From Takakia lepidozioides (lineage: Eukaryota > Plantae > Bryophyta), in assembly GCA_030704615.1 (NCBI GenBank), contig CM060731.1:9734001-9798000 (forward strand): a DNA stretch of 64,000 nucleotides, in the 5' to 3' direction. The translations under genes and the position numbers were made by a program. Of this stretch, positions 1-13,160 are shown piece after piece; position 1 is the first letter of the stretch, and every line of letters starts with the position of its first letter. The notes beneath the pieces were generated by a model, which worked only from the letters and a program-made list of their open reading frames with translations, was not told where the DNA came from and made no database searches.

Positions 1-145
1 AGCGGATCCCTGCTCGTGTTTTCACCTCCTAACAATAGCCTGAACTTACCACATTTGATGTCACACCTGTGGAAGATCAGTGCAGAGCTCCTGCAAAGCT
101 AATCTTTGCTCATTGTTTTGTCTCCATGCAAACACTACCTTATAG

Positions 146-485
146 AATGCACTCATAAGACGTTGTTTGCCTCAGCCTTGTGGCCATTGACCCGCGCTCA
201 GTTTGGGCGGAACACAAAGGGACAGAAACTACCTTTGTCAGGGGCTGACGCCGGTAGTATGACTTACCTTGGAACAAACAATTAATCCAAGTTTTCCAGA
301 TATCCTCTAGAAATCCCTTCACACAAGCATCAATCTGTTGTCTGTGGTTGGCCCAGTAACTAGGGCCTGGGCTTTTGGCTCATCCTGGAGACTTTCAAAG
401 TTGGTAAACAGACATTCAGGCACAATTCCCTTGATGGATTTGAAGAGGGGCTCTCGTGAGAGAGTACCCAGGACAATGAATCAAA
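146..485 (-). mobile_element. 3' fragment of the window's EN-RT LINE family
   Basis: Reverse complement matches the 3' end of the LINE at 51729-55337 ([22 protein letters not shown]...CTTATGAGT). Confidence 0.9.
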
Positions 486-1004
486 CACAACCTTATAGAC
501 ATAGATCTTGAGTACGTATATCTGAGGTTTACTGCAGAAGTACTAACACGGGTTTTCCGAAAAAACTCTTTGAATAGTATTTGGTTGGGGGTGGGGCTCG
601 TTGTTGGAGACCCAAGTAAGTATTTGATTCCATCCTTCTTTGTGTTTTCTTTTGTCCCATAAGGTGTCTGAGCTTTCCAAGGAAGTTGTGATGTTCTTTC
701 TATTGTTTTTCATTCTCTACTGTTTTGATCTTCAGCCACCCATTGGAGTTTCTGTGCATTTTGCTGACTTACAAGGTTCCATGCCCTGGAGGGTAGAAAC
801 CCACAACTGGCTGGACAGCTATGGTATGTGATAACCAGCGTTCGCCGAGAGCCGTCAATGAGGACATCCCTCACTGCCATTGTCCATCCCTCAGTGTGAC
901 TGGGAATTATTGCCCTACACTATACAGAGGGACAACAGGACTGTTTCATATCTGTGGTAACCGCCCCTCCACATTGAGGGGTGCACTCAAAATGCTTGCA
1001 CCTC

Positions 1005-1700
1005 CCGCAGACAATTAGTTTCCTTCCAATGATCTTATCAGCCCCAGAGGAGACGAAACTCTCCCAAGAATCCACAGCTCTTTTGCCTTCACTGTTGCAT
1101 CACCTAAGCAAGAGGGAAGGTCTTGGAGCAATTGGATAAAAGTATGGGACAACCTCTTTCACAGCCTGGACATAGTCTGAATTGACCTCTTCAATCTGGA
1201 AATTTCTATGCATCCACTTTTGAATTGAATGTTTCACAGATATCTCGGTGTTGGGGATACACCTTTGGATCTAAGTCAGTGGTCAGTATCAATATCGGTT
1301 CTATCAACCAACACTTAACACACTGAGGAAACAAATCCTTATCCGCTATGATATAATCCACAATGGACCATTTCCCAATTTGGACTTTTTCACGATCCAT
1401 TGCAAAGGGTCTTCTTTAGACCTATTGTTCAAGGTCCAAAACTGAAGTTCTTCCTGGCAATCAAAGAACCTCTTGCCGTTGGATTTTTGCTTATCCTTGC
1501 CAAAAAGCCCAATGACATCGTCTTGTTGTAGACCCTTATACCAAGTCTCGAGATAGTGCCATCACATAATCCAAGCCTAAACTTGAGCCAAGTAATTTTA
1601 AATGACAAGTTGTCCATCCTGGGATTCACCCCAAAAACTACACATGAAGTTCTAGGTTTGGCATAAGTGACCAGTCCCAGGAATCACCCCGGGGATTATG
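1005..1700 (-). mobile_element. Decayed endonuclease-region fragment of the same LINE family
   Basis: Translates to SIVDYIIADKDLFPQC and WLKF, matching [16 protein letters not shown] and WLKL of the 52100-52770 region; many stops and frameshifts. Confidence 0.8.
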
Positions 1701-2057
1701 AACCTTTTCAAGAGTTTTTCATTTTTTGCAGGCAATAGATTTAAGCAAAATGGCATACCCTAGCCCAAGTGCCGAGCATGCAAGACACATCATGCAGCTG
1801 CCACTTTGAGCAGAGGGGCCACTGCGGTAGGGGTCCACTTGATAACATTCAAAGATCATCACTCCATAGGAGCAGCAGGGAACGGCCTGCGTAGACATAT
1901 TCGTAGACATAATCTAAAGAGGGAGAGGTCCCTTCTGTCCAACTAACGCCAATGTACTAACTTACCCGAAGCAGAATGCTTCAAGTCAAAACAAACATAG
2001 TCACGGGTTCACAAGGCCAGCATTTAGTCACAGAGACATTTATCTACTCACCAATAA

Positions 2058-5000
2058 AATGTACTCATATGACGTTGTTTGCAATAGCCTTGTGGCCATT
2101 GACCCCGCGCCCAGTTTGAGCGGAACACAAAGGGACAGAAATTACCTTTGTCAAGGGCTGCAGTAGTATGACTTGCCTTGGAACAGACAATTGATCCGAG
2201 TTTTCCAGATATCCTCTAGAAATCCCTTTACACAAGCATCAATCTGCTGCGTGTGATTTGCCCAATAACTAGGCCCCAAAAAGGCCTGGCCTTTTGGCCC
2301 GGCCTCGAGATTTTCAAACTTGGTTAACATAGGTACAGGCACAATTCGTTTGATGGATTTGAGGAGGACGTCTCTAAGGTGGAGTACCCAGGACAATGAA
2401 TCAAAATATGAATGTTGTCTTCAGGTTGCCCACACAACGGACATTTGCAATCCCCTTTCCTCTCTGCTTCTGTTTGCTGTTCAAAGGTAGGCTTCCAGCC
2501 GTGAGTTTAAATTTCAGTCTTGTGCCGAGAGTGGGTAAACCCTTGAGGTCACCATGATGGCCTCCCCCATGTCACAGACTGGAACCAAGTTCAGCGAAGT
2601 TTTTTGCCTGACTTCATTTTCATCAGACAATTTCCTGGCAACAGACATGGCTTTGCTACAGCCTCTAAGTCAGATTTATCCAGCAGAGTCAAGACTCGCG
2701 GACTTAGATTCAAATCCTTGAGAATCTCTTTTATCCTCTTCCGCCAAGACTTAGCCTATTTGACAGGGCGATCCTGCATAAAGTCGATCAACTTAGGATA
2801 TCTGTTATTAGTCATACGTTGCAGCTGACCCCACCATCTGACCTTGAATTGATCTCATCGGGAGCTTAAGGGAGGGATGCCAAACTCACCCCGAACAGCC
2901 ACATTAACTGTTTTGGAGCATGCTGACATGCACTCCTTGAGCCACCCCACTTGAATGGATTCTAGAGACTTAGCCTGCTTGGAATTATCAGCCCACACTG
3001 CAGATGCGTACCCAAAGCAGAATGCTTCAGGTCAAAGCAAACTTAGTCACGGGGTCACAAGTGATCCGAGTTTTCCGGATATCCTCTAGAAATCCCTTTA
3101 CACAAGCATCAATCTGTTGCGTGCCATTTGGCCAATAACTAGGCCCAAAAGGGCCTGGCCTTTTGGCTCGGCCTCGAGATTTTCAAACTTGGTTAACATA
3201 GGTACAGGCACAATTCGTTTGATGGATATGAGGAGGACGTCTCTAAGGTGGAGTACCCAGGACAATGAATCAGAACATGAATGTTGTCTTCAGGTTGCTC
3301 ACACAACGGACATTTGCAATCCCCTTTCCTCTCTGCTTCTGTTTGCTGTTCAAAGGTAGGCTTCCAGCCGTGAGTTTAAATTTTAGTCTTGTGCCGAGAG
3401 TGGGTAAACCCTTAAGGTCACCATGATGGCCTCCCCCATGTCACAGACTGGAACCACGTTCAGCGAAGTTTTCTGCCTGACTTCATTTTCATCAGACAAT
3501 TTCCTGGCAACAGACATGGCTTTGGACACTACAGCCTCTAAGTCAGATTTATCCAGCAGAGTCAAGACTCGCGGACTTAGATTCAAATCCTTGAGAATCT
3601 CTTCTACCCTCTTCCGCCAAGACTTAGCCTGTTTGACAGGGCGATCCTGCATAGAGTCGATCAACTTAGGATATATGTTATTAGTCATACGTTGCAGCTG
3701 ACCCCACCATCTGACCTTGAATTGATCTCATCGGGAGTTTAAGGGAGGGATGCAAAACTCACCCCGAACAGCCACATTAGCTGTTTTGGAGCATGCTGAC
3801 ATGCACTCCTTGAGCCACCCCACTTGAATGGATTCTGGAGACTTAGCCTGCTTGGAATTATCAGCCCACACTGCAGATGCGTACCCAAAGCAGAATGCTT
3901 CAGGTCAAAGCAAACTTAGTCACGGGGTCACAAGTGATCCGAGTTTTCCGGATATCCTCTAGAAATCCCTTTACACAAGCATCAATCTGTTGCGTGCCAT
4001 TTGGCCAATAACTAGGCCCCAAAAGGGCCTGGCCTTTTGGCTCGGCCTCGAGATTTTCAAACTTGGTAAACAGAGGTACAGGCACAATTCGTTTGATGGA
4101 TATGAGGAGGACGTCTCTAAGGTGAGAGTACCCAATACAATGAATCAGAACATGAATGTTGTCTTCAGGTTGCCCACACAACGGACATTTGCAATCCCCT
4201 TTCCTCTCTGCTTCTGTTTGCTGTTCAAAGGTAGGCTTCCAGCCGTGAGTTTAAATTTTAGTCTAGTGCCGAGAGTGGGTAAACCCTTGAGGTCATCCAT
4301 GATGGCCTCCCCCATGTCACAGACTGGAAACAAGTTCAGGGAAGTTTTCTGCCCAACTTCATTTTCATTAGACAATTTCCTGGCAACAGAAATGGCTTTG
4401 GACACTACAGCCTCTTAAGTCAGATTTATCCAGCAGGGTCAAGACTGGCGGACTTAGATTCAAATCCTTGAGAATCTCTTCTACCCTCTTCCGCTAGGAC
4501 TTAGCTTGTTTGACAGGGCGATCCTGCTTCCAAGATATAGAGTTGATTAACTTAGGATATCTGTTATTAGTCATATGTTGCAGCTGATTCCATCATCTGA
4601 CCTTGAATTGATCTCATCAGGAGCTTAAGGGAGGGATGCCAAACTCAACCCGAACCGTCACATTAGCTGTTTTGGAGCATGCTGACATGCACTCCTTGAG
4701 CCATCCCACTTGAATGGATTCTAGCGACTTAGCCTGGTTGGAGTTATCAACCCACACTGCAGATGCGTACTCCAAGGCAGGCCTAATAACGCGGCAAGGC
4801 ATGGTTTTTAGACTTCAAAGTTGATCCCTCTGCAGTGGAAAAATTTAGTGAGACCCAAGCTTTGCGCTTGCCAGATTGAACAACTTTTTGAATATGTGCA
4901 TCCCATTTGCAGTTGGAGGAAAACTCAACGCCAAGCTATGTGTAGGAAGGGAGGACGGGAATCTCTTGGCTTCCCCACACCCACTCGAGATCGCCTCCTC

Positions 5001-5753
5001 CCTCCCCTCGGTCATTGAATGCCACCACTGCGCATTTACTGACGTTAGTTTTTAGCCCCCAAAGGTCAAAGTACCTCTTCACGCAATCAATCAACTCCTG
5101 AAGATTGGATGGAGTCTCCCCTATGCCTGCAAAGTCATCCACAAACATAAGGGCTGGTTTGGTGGCATCACCCACCCTTGACCCGATTCCCTCACTTTCC
5201 ACATCCCCGAGAAGTTGATTGCTGAAAACATTGGAGAGCAGAGGGGAGAGGGTACACCCTTGAACTACACCTTGGTCTATGTCAAAGAAGTTAGACGTCT
5301 GTCCATTAACAGTGACACAACTTTTGGTGTGAGCATACAAGTTATGGACAACTCTCCACATCTTTCCCTTGATCCCAGATGACCAGAGTCAGAGCCATGG
5401 ACCTTCTCTCCAGACTGTATCTAAGCCTTTTAGACATCCAAGAAAAAGACAAAAGTGGGTTTCCCTTCTTTTTTTGTTCCCTGGATAATCTGGCTTAGGT
5501 TGAAGATATGATCCACGCAGCCCCTGTTTCTCCAAAAGCGAGGCTTGGCCTTCATGGAAACAACCTCTAGACTCCAAATCAACCTCAAGACCAGTACTTA
5601 TAACTTTGCAAAATATCTTGCCAATTGCATTGAGAGGCGTGATGCCTCGATAGTTCCCCGGCTCTTCTCTGTCACCTTTCTTGTGTAGATTGACAATGAC
5701 CCCCTGTTGCCAGCGAAAGGGAATCATTTCCGTCTTCCAGATAAGGCTAAAGA
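2058..5753 (-). mobile_element. 5'-truncated LINE copy (RT to 3' end) with an internal ~870-bp tandem triplication
   Basis: ORFs 5389-5727, 4936-5361 ([14 protein letters not shown]) and 4617-4802 are near-identical to the RT at 53412-54709; the C-terminal block occurs three times. Confidence 0.92.
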
Positions 5754-6839
5754 CATTGATGATACAATTTCAACGGAGGCATTTTGTCACGCCTATGTTG
5801 GAATTATGTCTAGGCATGAAACTCAACTGATACAGTGAAAACGATTTTTTTGAACTAGCCTATATAGCACTCGATGTCAGACTCTGAACTATGTGTTGCT
5901 GCCAGAGGACAAAGGCCAGTCAAACACATTTTGCTCAGTTCTCAGGTCAGAATATACAGAAGCTTTTATGTTTATGTAGAGCGAGTCAGATAGACGCTCG
6001 AGAATTCTATCCCAGGAAATAGAGATTTATCCCACCAATAACTTCATGCTGCAACGGAATTCTCGATGAGCTTCTGTCCGAGCTGGCTGTCTGAGCTCCG
6101 CATAAACATAACAGCTTCAGTTAAAGCGGAAGACTATAATGTCTCCCAGCTTCGCATGCAATACGATGCTGATATGGCCGTAGCGCAATACTTGCATACT
6201 GTTTACTACGAAATTGTCATTGGTATGCAGTGCTAAATCCAGTAGATTCTTAGCCAGCTTCTCAACCTATCAGCTAAAGTGAAAGGGCACGACACATCTG
6301 CCTACAAGAAGAAGGATGAGAGTGGAATTGTGTGCATAGAGAACAAACCAAGGACGATCTGGAACAATGAAGAGCCATAATCCTTGCAAGCATCACAAGA
6401 TTGGAAAACAACGAGGACTGGGAACGTGCACACAAAAAAACAACTAAAGATCTAGGACAATGCCGAAAAGCAGAATACGATGTTGGAATCAGCCGCTCTG
6501 GAACGCGTTGGCAATGCAACGAAATGGCCAAGCCTTGCCTTTGTTCGTTTCAAATTGTTGTATGTTGCACTAATCAAAACAATCAATCCTTCCCCTTCTC
6601 GTAGGGTAGCAAAAAAATGAGAAAAAAAACAACTCTATACAACTCTATATCATTGCACTCAAGATTCAAAGAGGCCGGCCCGCTCGGCGACACAGCTGGG
6701 AAGCCAGCAGGCAAGACTTCCGATGCATCATTCCTACCCAAAGAAACTGTACATCAAGGAATGCTTACATGCAGAGCTATGCCACACTAGTTTCTGTCAT
6801 GTTGGCACCTGAATTCTTCAGAAGAAAATGCATTACTTT

Positions 6840-7161
6840 CCGATCATCCCGTGATTGAGGGCACAGTAACGAAGCCCCAAATTGGCCAGACTCATGAGAT
6901 GGCACGCCTCGCATCGGAGCCCCCCGGGAAAGGTGTGTGGGCCACAATATTCACAAGCATGGAGGCATATTGAAGAGATGTGGCATTTTCTCTTGGAGGA
7001 CCCACGGCATGTCCACCTCGGCTTCTCCTCGGATGGGGTCAACCCATTCTCTGTCCAATCATGTAGTCATTCCACTTGGCCGGTGACCATGGTGAATTAC
7101 AACATCCCTCCGTATCTTTCAATTAAAAAAGACCATATCATGTTGGCTGCCATTGTGCCAG
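6840..7161 (+). mobile_element. CACTA/En-Spm Tnp2-type (Transposase_21) fragment
   Basis: LMRWH...SQAWRHI...DPRHVHLGFSSDGVNPF...HSTWPV...YNIPP...IVPG matches the Tnp2 signature; followed by a GTAAGT donor; no intact element seen. Confidence 0.85.
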
Positions 7162-7901
7162 GTAAGTGTACTCATTTCATGTTTATTATTGCCTTCGACT
7201 TTACATTAAACTTCTGATCTTTGACGCAATTCGGATGCAAGATTGATGAGTGACATAATCAGGGTCACACATCATAACGCCAGCTTCACTAGCTGCAGCA
7301 GCGCTCCCACAAACTTGACGCCATGGGTCTAAGCCTTTCCTCGATAGCCGTGGGCGAGGTCCATCTGTACTGGGCGTGCCACCAAACCCACTGGGCAATG
7401 ATGTCGCCGTATTCAATCCGACGAACTAACACAAGCCCTCACATAAATATATGTGGCACAAACGTATGCAACTAGCTACTGCGTGTTCATGCACACCCAC
7501 GTCTCCGCAACATCTTCTATAAAGCTCCACAGGATCATCATTCTCTTTGCTACTCACTCAACTCTTGGAATGTTTCGAAGATCAAAACATGAGATTCCTC
7601 GGATGCATTTGAATGGATGAATCAAGGGTATTGTCCAAAGTGTTTGTGGCCTATGTGTTTGCACAATTTTGCAAATGTTTCTCCACAAGAATGGGGTCAA
7701 GGTCATGGCCGTGTCGTCGACTGTGGCAAATAGAGGCTTCTCTATCTGCAAGAAGAATTGTCTCAGGCCTGATTGACGTTGTCTGGAAAAAGAACGGTAG
7801 ATAGATGGTGGAGTGGTAGAATAGATAAATGTTTTCCAAATACTGTGGAGAATTGACCGGTCGGGTGTTTCCAGGTACCTATGTTTTATGGGCGTCAAAA
7901 C

Positions 7902-8836
7902 CAATGTTGTGCGGGTCCGTGTTTTGAAGGCGGGTACCCGGCGGGTTAGGATCCGGGTTACCCGGACCCGTGCTATCACAAAAAACCCAGACCCTAACCT
8001 GGATTCATTTCTAAAATGAACCCGGACCCGGAACCGGACCCGGACCCGCCTGCTGGGTCCAGAACCCGTTAAACCCGCTACCCGTGGGCCAATGTAGCCG
8101 GTCAGGGTCCGGGTCTTAAATTTAGATGGGGCATATGTGGTCCACCTTAGATCTGGTAGGTTTTGTCATATGTGTGGAGGGGACGAGCAGTAATAGGCGG
8201 CAGCAGCCAGCCCCACCACGTTGTAGCCCGGTGGTAATGCCCACATACCACCTCAGAAGTGGTTGTGGGTTCAATCCCCGGAGTGGTGTCACAAAGTTGT
8301 GCCCTCTGGGACCATAATTTACACCTCCCAAAGGAGACGTCATATATTATTATTATGCTAGATCCCACACATCCATGCTATAGTGATCTACCTTGAGGCA
8401 TATTACTATTCTTAACATGTTTAAAGAATTGATATTGAAAAATAGAAAATGAAACTCAAACTTAATTTAATTCTTATTCATGGTATACATATTCATATTC
8501 ATGGTATATTTTGAAGGAATGTCTCTTAAAATAAAATTCATTATTAAGATTTAAGGTTTTTTCCAGCCAAAAATAAATTTATCCTTAATTAATCTTATTT
8601 TCTAATTTATTTAATCAATAAATTAGGACCCGGATCCGAACCCGTGAACCTTCTAATATTTCCCAACAACTACCCGAACCCTAACCCGAGTCCGTGTTGA
8701 CAAACCCGGACCCGAACCCGGACCCGGATTTTCCAAATTTCAAAAACCCGGATCCAGAGCCGGACTTGGCTCCGAAAAAAAAACCCGCACCCGGACCCGG
8801 CGGGTTCCTTAAAAAGTCAGAACCCGCACAACTCTG
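7902..8836. mobile_element. Non-autonomous hAT-type element (MITE)
   Basis: TIRs CAATGTTGTGCGGGT / ACCCGCACAACTCTG; 8-bp TSD GTCAAAAC (7894-7901) / GTCGAAAC (8837-8844); many subterminal ACCCG/CGGGT repeats. Confidence 0.85.
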
Positions 8837-8991
8837 GTCGAAACACAGATGTATGTATGAATGCGGCTGCTGATTGACTGTTCGTGAAATTGATAATGCT
8901 GATCGTTATATTGAACATAGGAGTTGATCTTTCGTTGAGATTGATCACAGCACGCATCTCGTACCGGGCACCAAAGTCCCTGAAGAACAGC

Positions 8992-11900
8992 ATGTCTCTT
9001 GATAAATTTCTGGAGCTCCTAGGCTCGCTCAAGGGCGAACATGGCTTCCCCTCTGATCAGGAATGCGTGGCCCGCACGCACGGACTGGGCGTCCAAGGAG
9101 AATCAAGTGGAGCAAGAAATGGTGAAGAACGACTAACGGAGAAATCTTGTGAAAACGCATTGGGACACATGCTGGAATTTGAGCAAGGAGTCCCCTTAGT
9201 GAACCTCGCTCTTGGAATGATGCGATATCAGGCACCCACGGTAAGGGTTTTTGGATGATGGGATGATTCCCTTGGCAAAGCTTCTGATGAGTGCATGTAC
9301 ACAGATCTTGTGACATGGATTCGTTGCCAGATTTTCGCCGGTGATTGTGACCCACGATTTTTCTGCTTGTTTGCAGGTTTGCAACACCATGAATAGCGTC
9401 TTGGTGGATACACTGGCTTCGATTTTGGGTTTAGGCGGTTTCTCAGCAGCTAATCTACGGCACATTGCAGAAAGTTTTGATGCACTCAACGCAAATGGGA
9501 AAATAAGTGGTAAGGCTACATGTAGTTACTCTACTCCTCGAGTTGAATTTGATGGAAACTTAACTGGGTGCACTCACACCTGCATTACATCCAGCCGTGG
9601 AGTATGTGATCTACAGCTGCTACAAAATCACCCCATTGTATCACCGTTGAAGCAGGGTTCATTCTCATCTAGAGGATGCTGGAACACTGGTTGAAATGTT
9701 ATATATGCTGATCCCACCGAGATGTGTGCTTCCTCTCATGGTTTTACCCTGCTTATGTTAATAGGACCATATATGTTAGCATGGATTGAAACATTGCTGA
9801 AGGCAGCCACAGCTTTGAGCACTTCCACATCAGAGACTCCACAGTTCTGCTCTGTCTACACAAAGGCTCGGTCACAAAGGGCAGGACAGAGTCCTGCAGC
9901 ATGGGCTGTGGAGCAGGTCATGGATTTTTGTCTGAAAGACAAGCAAGCTGTCCTTGACCATCTCAGTCCTTCTGCAAGGTAACTTCTAAATTTCTGTCTC
10001 AGCTAGTGTTCATTGTGGTTTATTGCATTGTAAGTATGGCTGATTTGGGGATTCCTGTTTGTTGAAAAGCAGAGCTACTTTCTCCCTGTATCTCTCTCTC
10101 ACACAAAAGCAGTTCATTAAAATTGATGTAACGATGCTCATTAGGTGAGGTTGGGCACAGACTGCACGCATGGCGGCTCCACCCTTCACTGCTCAAGCAG
10201 AATTTGTCTGATTTGGCACATCATGCCATGCAGCACCCCCTGCGCTCCTTGAAATTAGAGCTGCGCAACGGTGAAGTGTGGGGTACACTGATTGTCAGTC
10301 TAGCACTTGCTCCTGATGTGTTTGCTGAAGCTCGACGGCTTCTATACTCATGGTTTCTGTCCATGTAAGTAAAAAGATTGTTGTGTGGTTTCTATTCAGA
10401 AGGTCCTGGTTGACACCATCATTTTGTTTTTCTAATGAAAATTTTATGTTGGACCCCATTCCTGTTCATTGGACCTTCAAATCTTTTTGCAAAATGCCTA
10501 CTGATTGCCAAGTTGTTGGAGTGCTTAGGTGATAACCAGTGCAGTCAGATCCAAACAAATGAATGTTTCTAGAACACTGGTTTTAGAACTCCCTCAGTAC
10601 AAACTTTCTTGGGTGGCTTGCTTGAAACCTTCTTATGCATTTGGGCTAGGTTGAACCTGGAGAAAGAGTGCTGCAAATTAGTTTTCAATTGAGGTCAACT
10701 GCGGTGGGTAGACGAACAACCGATAGGGCCTGATTTCAGCATGGGTTCATGCCCCCATATGAATGGATTGATGTAGGCGTGCAGTGCGACTGATGGAACT
10801 CCGTATGGAGCTAGTAGCAGCAGTCAGGGATGTACTTGAACACCCCACCTCCTGGGGCTTTGTAGGGGAGGATTGTGGAGTGGATTTACCCCCATTTCAT
10901 GCCTTCTATTGTGGCAGACTTCGCCCCTTTTTGCGTGTTTTTATTGGGCCCCCCTCCGTAGTGGGCCTGCGGCAGCTTGTGGGGATGCTGGACTTTGAGA
11001 ATGCTAAAGCGCCCATGCCCACATCCACGAGCAATGTTGATGAGAAAAGCAGAGAGAACAGGAAAAGGAAGCGATGTGATGTTCCAGCTCAGTGCAAGAT
11101 GGGAGAAAGTGGATTCCAAGGAGGCCGTGGAATTGAGAAGGAAATGCTGGATGCTGAAGATGAAGGTGTTAATACAAAGTGTGATGGAGTGCCCAGTGGG
11201 GGAGCCAAGAGTGCCAATAGAGTGGCAGAAGTGCCAAAGGAGGAATCATTTTTTTCGAGTGCATGCAGGGACTCGGCAGCTCTCGATCATAACTCGGTTT
11301 GGTACGACCTTATCAAACCATCAAAACACTAGACGTAGAGTATTTCTGCTGCAGATCTAGTGCAGAATGTGAAATTGTCCAGTCTCCATTCCTGATGGGG
11401 ATGGTGCTCAATCAGAGAAATATTTCTGGATGTTACAACCTTTTGGAATTACTTCTTGAAGACAATATTGCGACACTTCCACCACACACTGACATCCTTT
11501 TCAAGTTCTAAGCAGAGCTTCATCTTGACCAACTTCTCAAATCATCAAATATTAGATATCCTTCCTCCTAAGTGTGTACCACAACTTTACATGCCAGTTA
11601 CCTCTTCAATCATTCTCATACTCTCCTGACAAATTGACAGCCTCTGCATGTCTAGCTATGTCATCTGGACTTCCCTGATTTGAAGGCAGGGTTGCTAACC
11701 AGTGGTATGGTGTCCATGCAGGGCCTTGCTCACAGATTTTCTACAATGGATTGACTTGGCTTTCCAGATGCTCTTTGAGAATCCAAGAGGGGAACTCCAA
11801 GGCTGCCAAGCTGCAGCACGGTACATAGCATGGGTGATGAGCCCTATAGACAAAGATGGCAGAGCTTATGCAGAAACAGCACTTCAAAAGATTGCCGAGA

Positions 11901-13160
11901 ACTGGCACATATTATTTTCAGCAAGTGCACAGAGAAACACTGACAAATTAGAAGGCAAAACTGCCCCATATACCCTTGAAAACAAAAGCAGCTTAACTCA
12001 TCAGGGTCTGCTTGCAGACAGTGGGGTGCCTTCAAGGAATAAACATGAAGAACTGGTTTGTGATAGTTGTGGGACGCCTGTTCATCTACTAAATCCAATG
12101 ACAAAGACTTGGAATTGCACAGATGATGGAATTGGGGGATTACCAAGGCCATTTTCGAAAAATGGCACTCTCCATGCTTTACAGGGCTGGCTTTTGGATT
12201 TGTGCAAGCTTGGCATCAAGCTGCAACAATTCCATGAAAAAGGTGAGAACAAAAGTAATGGAAGGGTGGGCAGCTTCAAACTGTCAATTAGTACATACCT
12301 CACCACAAAATGTTCATAGTTACGATGCAGTGGATTTGCGTTAAACAATGATGCTTTGACAGTTTTATGGTTGAGGTTGCTGGTTCTAACTTGGGTTCCT
12401 GAACATGGGCACAGAGATAAAGAGAGCTGGAAATATACACGAGTCATCCCATAGTTCCAGTGCAAGCAGGGCCATTTTCAGGGCCTTACCTCTGTTGGGC
12501 TTCAAAGCCGACTCTTCATTGCTGGATGCGGATAGCGGAGGTCTGCTACTGGCAATGGTCATTATAGGTGGGGCTTGGATGCCCGTGAAGGAAGTGGATG
12601 AAGACAACTCAGGATCTTCTACTCCAGCATGTCACTTGTGCAGCTTTGTTGATCATCTTCAATGCTCACTTTGTTGTCCCAGTGACCATCTCCAGCTGGT
12701 GGAGCCTCCACACCGAACTGAAAACGTAAGGGTTGGTGGACAATTGTCAAATCAAACTGTGAAAATATATCAACTGCAATGGGTTCCAGTAGCTGCTGCC
12801 TTGTTCAATTCTCTTGACACAAAGGACTGGCTACATGGGTTTGATGTCCCTGCCACAGATCAAAGCAAAGAGGAGTGTGCAGTAGATGGAACTGTCAATA
12901 GTAGGGAAAATGTCGTGGGACTAGCTGCCTCTTGTATTTTGCATTGGACTAGCAGTGTTGAGGCACACCCTCCCAAAGGATCTCTCATACAACAGCCGGT
13001 GCTACAACACTGCATGGTGATGTTAGAAGATCTACGCTGCAGGTTCATTGACTGGGCCGACCACAGGAGGTTGAGCACTAAAGCAGAAAGTATGTTTTCC
13101 AAGGCTCTAGAGGCACTGGAGCTAAAGATAGCCTCACTGAAGAATTCTCTGTTTCTATGA
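8992..13160 (+). CDS. Uncharacterised multi-exon land-plant protein (~7 exons)
   Basis: GT-AG exons join in frame: ~8992-9240, 9378-9508, 9764-9978, 10161-10364, 10778-11301, 11721-~12266, ~12469-13160. Blocks WRLHP...SLALAPDVF...LYSWF, ELRMELVAAVRDVLEHPTSWG and AAARYIAWVMSP recall a conserved plant family of unknown function. Confidence 0.75.

Noticed and set aside
6274-6531. Transit-peptide-like ORF MAISLHCQR
   Set aside because: Could not be spliced to any downstream coding exon.
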